From positions 1,467 to 65,466 of the forward strand of contig CAIQQR010000112.1 of NCBI GenBank assembly GCA_903874055.1: a stretch of 64,000 nt of DNA, in the 5' to 3' direction. Under the pieces are notes generated by a model. That model was given only the letters and a program-made list of their open reading frames with translations. It was not told the DNA's origin and ran no database searches. Position 1 is the first letter of the stretch. Each line of letters opens with the position of its first letter. The position numbers were made by a program, and so were the translations under genes. Source of the stretch: an uncultured Bacteroidota bacterium. Lineage in GTDB: Bacteria; Bacteroidota; Bacteroidia; Chitinophagales; Chitinophagaceae. Below are positions 58,996 to 64,000 of this stretch, piece after piece.

Positions 58996-59928
58996 ATGGC
59001 ACTATCTACCAAACATCTTCTTGGTATCAAGGACCTCAATACTGAGGATATTCAACTTATTCTATCTACAGCAGGTCAATTTAAAGAGGTTTTACAAAGA
59101 CCTGTTAAAAAAGTTCCCAGTTTAAGGGATGTGAATATTGTTAATCTTTTCTATGAAAATTCAACTAGAACCAGAATTTCGTTTGAACTAGCTGAAAAAA
59201 GATTATCCGCTGATGTGGTAAATTTTACTGTTTCTAGTTCCTCAGCGGCAAAAGGGGAAACCTTACTGGATACTATAAATAACATTTTAAGTATGAAAGT
59301 GGATATGGTGGTAATGAGGCATAGCGCTTCTGGAGCCCCTCACTTTTTAGCAAAACATATTGACGCAGCCATTATTAATGCAGGTGATGGAATTAACGAA
59401 CATCCTACACAGGCATTATTAGATGCTTTTTCGATGGTTGAAAAATTTGGATCTTTAAAAGGTTTAAAAGTAGCTATTTTAGGAGATATTATGCATAGCC
59501 GAGTAGCGCTTAGTAATATCTATTTATTGAAGAAAATGGGCGCAGAAGTAATGGTCTCAGGGCCACCCACTTTAATACCTAAATATTTGCAAGAAGCAAT
59601 GGATATTAAAGTAGAATACAATATCGACAAAGCATTGGCATGGTGCGATGTAGCCAATGTGCTTAGAATTCAATTAGAGCGTCAAAATCAGCCTCTATTC
59701 TCTTCTTTAAGGGAATATAACTTAGCATATGGCATCACCATGGAACGCCTAAATAAGCTTAATAAAGAAATTGTAATTATGCATCCAGGTCCAATTAACC
59801 GAGGTGTCGAAATGGATAGTGATGTTGCAAATAGCAAACATTCTATTATTTTAGATCAGGTAGAGAATGGGGTAGCAGTAAGGATGGCTTGTTTATACCT
59901 TTTAACTGGAAGATCTAATCCTGCCTAA
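58996..59928 (+). CDS. pyrB: Aspartate carbamoyltransferase catalytic subunit
   Basis: ENSTRTR and HPTQ motifs, plus the HPGP variant (MHPGPINRG). 310 aa. Confidence 0.95.
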   Translation: MALSTKHLLGIKDLNTEDIQLILSTAGQFKEVLQRPVKKVPSLRDVNIVNLFYENSTRTRISFELAEKRLSADVVNFTVSSSSAAKGETLLDTINNILSMKVDMVVMRHSASGAPHFLAKHIDAAIINAGDGINEHPTQALLDAFSMVEKFGSLKGLKVAILGDIMHSRVALSNIYLLKKMGAEVMVSGPPTLIPKYLQEAMDIKVEYNIDKALAWCDVANVLRIQLERQNQPLFSSLREYNLAYGITMERLNKLNKEIVIMHPGPINRGVEMDSDVANSKHSIILDQVENGVAVRMACLYLLTGRSNPA

Positions 59929-59965
59929 TACTTGTTTGTTTTAACTATTTACCTACTTTTATAGT

Positions 59966-60436
59966 ATGCAAAGAATCTGCTTATTTCCTGGCACATTTGA
60001 TCCAGTTACACTTGGTCACATTGATATTATCAATAGGTCACTCCCTTTGTTTGATAAAGTGATTGTTGGTATTGGAATGAATGCTGCAAAAAATCCAATG
60101 TTTAGTGCAGATCAACGTCGCTTATGGTTTGAAGAAATTTATAAGGATGAGCCAAAAGTGGAAGCAGCCATTTATGATGGATTAACTATAAAATATTGTC
60201 AAGCAATTGGTGCTAAATTTATTTTAAGAGGCATTAGATACGTAAGTGACTTTGAATATGAAAAAACGATTGCTGATGCGAATCGTACCATGGATAAACA
60301 TATTGAAACCATCTTCCTAACTGGTGAACCTAAGTACACTTCCGTTGCATCTACTATTGTAAGAGATATCTTAAGAAACGGAGGAGACGCTTCGCCATTT
60401 TTACCAGAGGCAGTTATTAAAAGTTTGAACAGATAA
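59966..60436 (+). CDS. coaD: Pantetheine-phosphate adenylyltransferase
   Basis: FPGTFDPVTLGHIDII (T/HxGH) motif and ISST-like VASTIVR. 156 aa. Confidence 0.95.
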   Translation: MQRICLFPGTFDPVTLGHIDIINRSLPLFDKVIVGIGMNAAKNPMFSADQRRLWFEEIYKDEPKVEAAIYDGLTIKYCQAIGAKFILRGIRYVSDFEYEKTIADANRTMDKHIETIFLTGEPKYTSVASTIVRDILRNGGDASPFLPEAVIKSLNR

Positions 60437-60459
60437 TAGCTAGTTCTTGTCAAAATTTG

Positions 60460-60888
60460 CTAATCAAGTTGATTGATCAAAATCCTGTATTTTTCTATAA
60501 CTTCTAAAATGGTTGGATAAGTATTATCAAGGCAATGTCTTGCTTTGTCTAAAGAAATCCATTCAATTTTTTCAATATCCTCAGAAGTTTGAGGAATCCC
60601 ATCTTGCAAATTTGGAATGGTCATATGAAACCAATAGGCGCGTTTTACAACCTCCTCATTAAGGTATTTATCAAAATAGGTATGATTGGTAAAACATAAC
60701 ATTTGATGTAATTGTATATTATTTAGCCCTGTTTCTTCCTCTACCTCACGCACTGCACAGGACTGGATCGTTTCTCCCTCATCTAATTTACCTTTTGGTA
60801 AATCCCAAAAACCACGTCTAAAAATCCATAGAATTTCACCATTGGGATTGGTAACCAAGCCACCTGCTGCAATTATTTGTTTTGGCAT
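60460..60888 (-). CDS. NUDIX hydrolase
   Basis: Nudix box GKLDEGETIQSCAVREVEEETGL. Start set to the ATG at 60888 because a -7 box lies at 60922-60929, inside the longer ORF. Confidence 0.85.
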   Translation of the reverse strand: MPKQIIAAGGLVTNPNGEILWIFRRGFWDLPKGKLDEGETIQSCAVREVEEETGLNNIQLHQMLCFTNHTYFDKYLNEEVVKRAYWFHMTIPNLQDGIPQTSEDIEKIEWISLDKARHCLDNTYPTILEVIEKYRILINQLD

Positions 60889-60921
60889 AAAAATGTGTAT
60901 AGTATTTAGTAACTCTTTTAG

Positions 60922-60929
60922 CAAAATTA
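60922..60929 (-). promoter_or_regulatory. Candidate -7 box (TAATTTTG on the minus strand) for the NUDIX gene
   Basis: CAAAATTA on the plus strand, 34 nt upstream of the ATG at 60888. Confidence 0.4.
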
Positions 60930-60970
60930 GCATTTAGCCTTTAAATTCGTGCCAAGAATAAATAACAATC

Positions 60971-61600
60971 ATGACCAACGAAAAAGCAGTAGCAGAAAAA
61001 TTATTACAGGTAGGAGCGGTTAAATTAAGTCCAAACAACCCATTCACATGGGCAAGTGGTTGGAAAAGCCCAATTTATTGCGATAACCGTAAAGTATTAT
61101 CATTTCCCTATGTACGCGATTTTATTAAAAGTGAAATGTGTAATGTTATTTTTGAAAAATTTGACGGAGCAGATATGTTAGCAGGTGTTGCCACTGCAGG
61201 AATTCCTTGGGGTGCAATGGCTGCTGATCAATTAAAATTACCCTATATCTATGTGCGTCCTAAACCAAAAGAACATGGATTAGGCAATCAAATTGAAGGA
61301 GCATATGCTTCTACTAATAAAATTTTAGTGATTGAAGATTTAATATCTACTGGCAAAAGTAGTTTACAAGTGGTTGATGTTTTAAGAAACGCTGGTTTAG
61401 ATGTAGTTGGTATGGTATCCATTTTTAATTACGGATTTAACATAGCCGATGAAGCTTTTAAAGCTGCAGGTGTTCCATTCCATTCATTAACTAATTATGC
61501 AAGTTTAATTGAACTAGCTGTGGAGAAAGGAGATGTAGATGCTACTACCCAAGATACTTTAATGCAATGGAGAGAAAGTCCTTCCACTTGGAATCAATAA
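60971..61600 (+). CDS. pyrE: Orotate phosphoribosyltransferase
   Basis: PRPP motif ILVIEDLISTGKSS and N-terminal FTWASGWKSPIYCDNR. 209 aa. Confidence 0.93.
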   Translation: MTNEKAVAEKLLQVGAVKLSPNNPFTWASGWKSPIYCDNRKVLSFPYVRDFIKSEMCNVIFEKFDGADMLAGVATAGIPWGAMAADQLKLPYIYVRPKPKEHGLGNQIEGAYASTNKILVIEDLISTGKSSLQVVDVLRNAGLDVVGMVSIFNYGFNIADEAFKAAGVPFHSLTNYASLIELAVEKGDVDATTQDTLMQWRESPSTWNQ

Positions 61601-61639
61601 ATTTAGTTTGCTAATTTAGCTTCGCATTAAAATTTTTTA

Positions 61640-62137
61640 CTAATTCAATTGCTTTTGAATCGCATTCATTGCTTCACGCATTACTGATTCCTTCAAATTT
61701 AAAGTTTTAGTTGTGGTGAAATTGATGGGTACTGTTTTTGTAAAAATACCCTTTGATAAGGTTGCGTTTCCTTGTATCGTAAACTTTAGTGGTTTATTAA
61801 ACATTACATCAACACTATGTTTTAAAATATTAGCTAATTCAATTTCCATTTTAGCAGGTACCACAAAATTAGATGAAGCAGGAATTACTAATACAGTATC
61901 CAAAGCATAATGGGTTAATTTTTGGTCATTCACGAAAATATCGCAATCTATTTTTTTAAGAGATAATTCAAAATTATTCGGATTAAAATATTCAACTTGG
62001 GCATTTAAAATATTTTGTTTTAGACTTGCTTTCTCAATTTTAAAAGATTTTACTCCTTTAAATTCAAAAGATTTAGGGCTCCCACAACTAACTAATACCA
62101 AAGTAATTAGCAATATTTGAATAATTCGAAATTTCAT
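61640..62137 (-). CDS. LEA type-2 (Water-stress/Hin1-like) domain lipoprotein
   Basis: Lipobox LVLVSC. All-beta pattern with a length typical of LEA_2. The ATG at 62137 is preferred over the TTG at 62155. Confidence 0.55.
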   Translation of the reverse strand: MKFRIIQILLITLVLVSCGSPKSFEFKGVKSFKIEKASLKQNILNAQVEYFNPNNFELSLKKIDCDIFVNDQKLTHYALDTVLVIPASSNFVVPAKMEIELANILKHSVDVMFNKPLKFTIQGNATLSKGIFTKTVPINFTTTKTLNLKESVMREAMNAIQKQLN

Positions 62138-62209
62138 TTTTAAAATTTTGCTCAAATTAATAGGTTATTGACTCTTGAAAAAATATATTTACACAAGTTT
62201 TTGTTAATC

Positions 62210-62824
62210 ATGCTTATCACCGTATTGCCTTATTTTGGAACTATTGACTTTGTAAAATCCATTACAAATCAAAATGATATTTATTTCGACAATGAACAAT
62301 CATTCACTAAAATGAGTTTTAAAAATAGAATGGTTATTGCTACAGCTCAAGGGGCACTTCACTTAACTATCCCAATAATAGGAGGCAGGGATCAAAAGTT
62401 ACCCCTCAAAGAGGTTAAAATTGCCTATAATAGTCCATGGCATCATCAACATTATAAAGCAATAACTTCAAGTTATCAAAGAGCTCCCTATTTTGAATAT
62501 TACCAAGAAGATTTGAAATTAATTTACAATTCAAATCATGTGTTTCTAGTTGATTTTTTATTGGAAGCTCAATATTGGATAAAGAAACAACTCAAAGGGA
62601 ATTGGAGCATTTCAGCAACTAAACCAAATGGAATCACTGAGGATGTAAAAGTAATAACCCGAAATTATTCATTTTCACTTCCTAAAAATTATCATCAGCT
62701 ACCAAATCCAATTGTTTATTCACAAGTATTTGAAGATAGAGTAGGGTTTTTACCTAATTTAAGTATACTAGATTTACTTTTTAATTGTGGAGGCAAACAA
62801 GCAAAACACTTATTGTCTTTGTAA
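62210..62824 (+). CDS. WbqC-like family protein
   Basis: N-terminal LPYFGTIDF and the internal HLTIPIIGG...PW..QHYKAI.SSY..APYFEYY pattern resemble WbqC. The ATG at 62210 is preferred over the TTG at 62168. Confidence 0.65.
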   Translation: MLITVLPYFGTIDFVKSITNQNDIYFDNEQSFTKMSFKNRMVIATAQGALHLTIPIIGGRDQKLPLKEVKIAYNSPWHHQHYKAITSSYQRAPYFEYYQEDLKLIYNSNHVFLVDFLLEAQYWIKKQLKGNWSISATKPNGITEDVKVITRNYSFSLPKNYHQLPNPIVYSQVFEDRVGFLPNLSILDLLFNCGGKQAKHLLSL

Positions 62825-64000
62825 AAATTCGTGTACCCATTTTTCATATTGAACCATTTCATTCCACTCCGAACTATTTAATAAATAATCCATTACTTCG
62901 TTTTTACTTGATGCATTGATAGCAATATTTTTAATTTTCTCTTCAAAAATGGCTTTCTTCAATTGATAACTTTTAACAATAGACAACATCAGCAACTTAT
63001 TTGCTAAAACTTCCTCAGTTGAATCTTTGGACATAAATGTATTGTCTTCATGATACCCAGCAAACAATAATGGGTCTTCATGAGCCTTTATCCAATTTTT
63101 TGTTTGGTTAACTAAATCACTATAAGCCAATTCTTTTTCAATAAAAGGTTTGTTGATTAAATTGTTTAATTCATTAGCAGCACCAGGCATTTTAGATTGG
63201 ATTTTCGATTGGATTTTATTTGACTTTTTCAAATAAAATGGATTTTTTTTAGCTAAATGTAATTTATGTATGGGGCTACTATTTGTTGATGCTAATTTAA
63301 GCTCACCATACTTTAGAATGTTAACTGTTGTTGTATTTGATGCGTTTAAAAAGAAAAAAGCTCCGATTAATAAAAAGCAGGCCATCAAAATTATCTTTTG
63401 ATTTATATTTTGATTTGTTCTTTTATGAATTCCATTGATAAGTTCAATACGTGTTTTTAAATCTGCATTATTTGAATTCGCTGCTAAAAATAGCTGATGA
63501 TTGTTTTCAAGTGAATTTTCTGCTACTGCTATTAATGCTTTTGAATAGGCAATTGGATTATTTGTGATATTTACTACATATTCATCACAAGCAATTTCTC
63601 TTTGCAGGTTTAATTCCTTTTTGAATAAATAAACTAAAGGATTAAACCACAATAGTATGCCAGATAGCTCAATCATTAAATTTAATAAATAATCCTTTCT
63701 AGTGATATGTGCATATTCATGCAATAAAAGCAATTTTAATTCTTGTTGGGCAATTTGATTGCACAATGAAATTGGTAATAATATAATATGCTCAAGAACA
63801 CCAAAAACAATAGGAGAAGTGATTGTTGTATTCATTCCAATTTTTAAATTTTCTTTCAATTGGACATGATCCACTTTTTGGAGTAATTCGTAATAATCAT
63901 TTGTTGAAAAATTGCTACTATTTTTCAACTTTCTTAGCGAAGTATATTGAAAAGAAAACTTTACTATTAATACGGAAAGTATAACTATATATATATTAAA
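62810..64000 (-). CDS. M56 family (BlaR1/MecR1-like) membrane metallopeptidase/signal transducer, N-terminus beyond window
   Basis: HEYAHITRKD (HExxH) motif and TM segments. The frame stays open through base 64000 (upstream residues ...IYIVILSVLIVKF...), so the TTG at 63928 is not the true start. Confidence 0.78.
   Translation of the reverse strand, partial: FNIYIVILSVLIVKFSFQYTSLRKLKNSSNFSTNDYYELLQKVDHVQLKENLKIGMNTTITSPIVFGVLEHIILLPISLCNQIAQQELKLLLLHEYAHITRKDYLLNLMIELSGILLWFNPLVYLFKKELNLQREIACDEYVVNITNNPIAYSKALIAVAENSLENNHQLFLAANSNNADLKTRIELINGIHKRTNQNINQKIILMACFLLIGAFFFLNASNTTTVNILKYGELKLASTNSSPIHKLHLAKKNPFYLKKSNKIQSKIQSKMPGAANELNNLINKPFIEKELAYSDLVNQTKNWIKAHEDPLLFAGYHEDNTFMSKDSTEEVLANKLLMLSIVKSYQLKKAIFEEKIKNIAINASSKNEVMDYLLNSSEWNEMVQYEKWVHEFLQRQ

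Overview
This is a low-GC chromosomal segment, judged by eye rather than computed. It has the hallmarks of Bacteroidota: family content such as DUF4199, DUF1599, a BT_3928-like DoxX protein, a glutaminyl cyclase lipoprotein and CarbopepD-type TonB receptors, plus a recurring TAnnTTTG -7 promoter box upstream of many genes. I call about 58 protein-coding genes and two tRNAs (Val-TAC, Pro-GGG). I see no rRNA, CRISPR array, cas gene, transposase, integrase or recognisable phage or defence gene.

The content is overwhelmingly housekeeping:
- Replication and repair: topoisomerase IV parE/parC, recF plus a DUF721 gene.
- Central and intermediary metabolism: thiolase, 2-oxoacid dehydrogenase E2, pdhA, pruA, tpiA, ndk.
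- Translation and stress: lepA, ychF, katG.
- Cofactor and pyrimidine synthesis: folP, coaD, pyrR-pyrB, pyrE.

I found no convincing new defence or mobile system. These items deserve a second look:
1. A DUF1835/DUF3658 gene overlaps the parE stop, followed by a small cupin; together they split parE from parC.
2. A tightly packed four-gene envelope operon encodes a 1004-aa TPR protein, a 611-aa beta-barrel with a lysine-rich N-terminus, a tail-anchored HU-like protein and a Zn-ribbon methyltransferase.
3. A dihydroorotase-like gene has lost most canonical metal ligands (a PyrC-prime-like pseudoenzyme). It heads a seven-gene glycosyltransferase/heptose cluster.
4. The 407-bp tRNA-Pro to katG spacer is the longest non-coding stretch. 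It carries nested hairpins and two families of direct repeats with 41-bp and 43-bp periods.

Several six-frame ORFs are over-extended at the 5' end. The promoter boxes fall inside these extensions and support shorter gene models.
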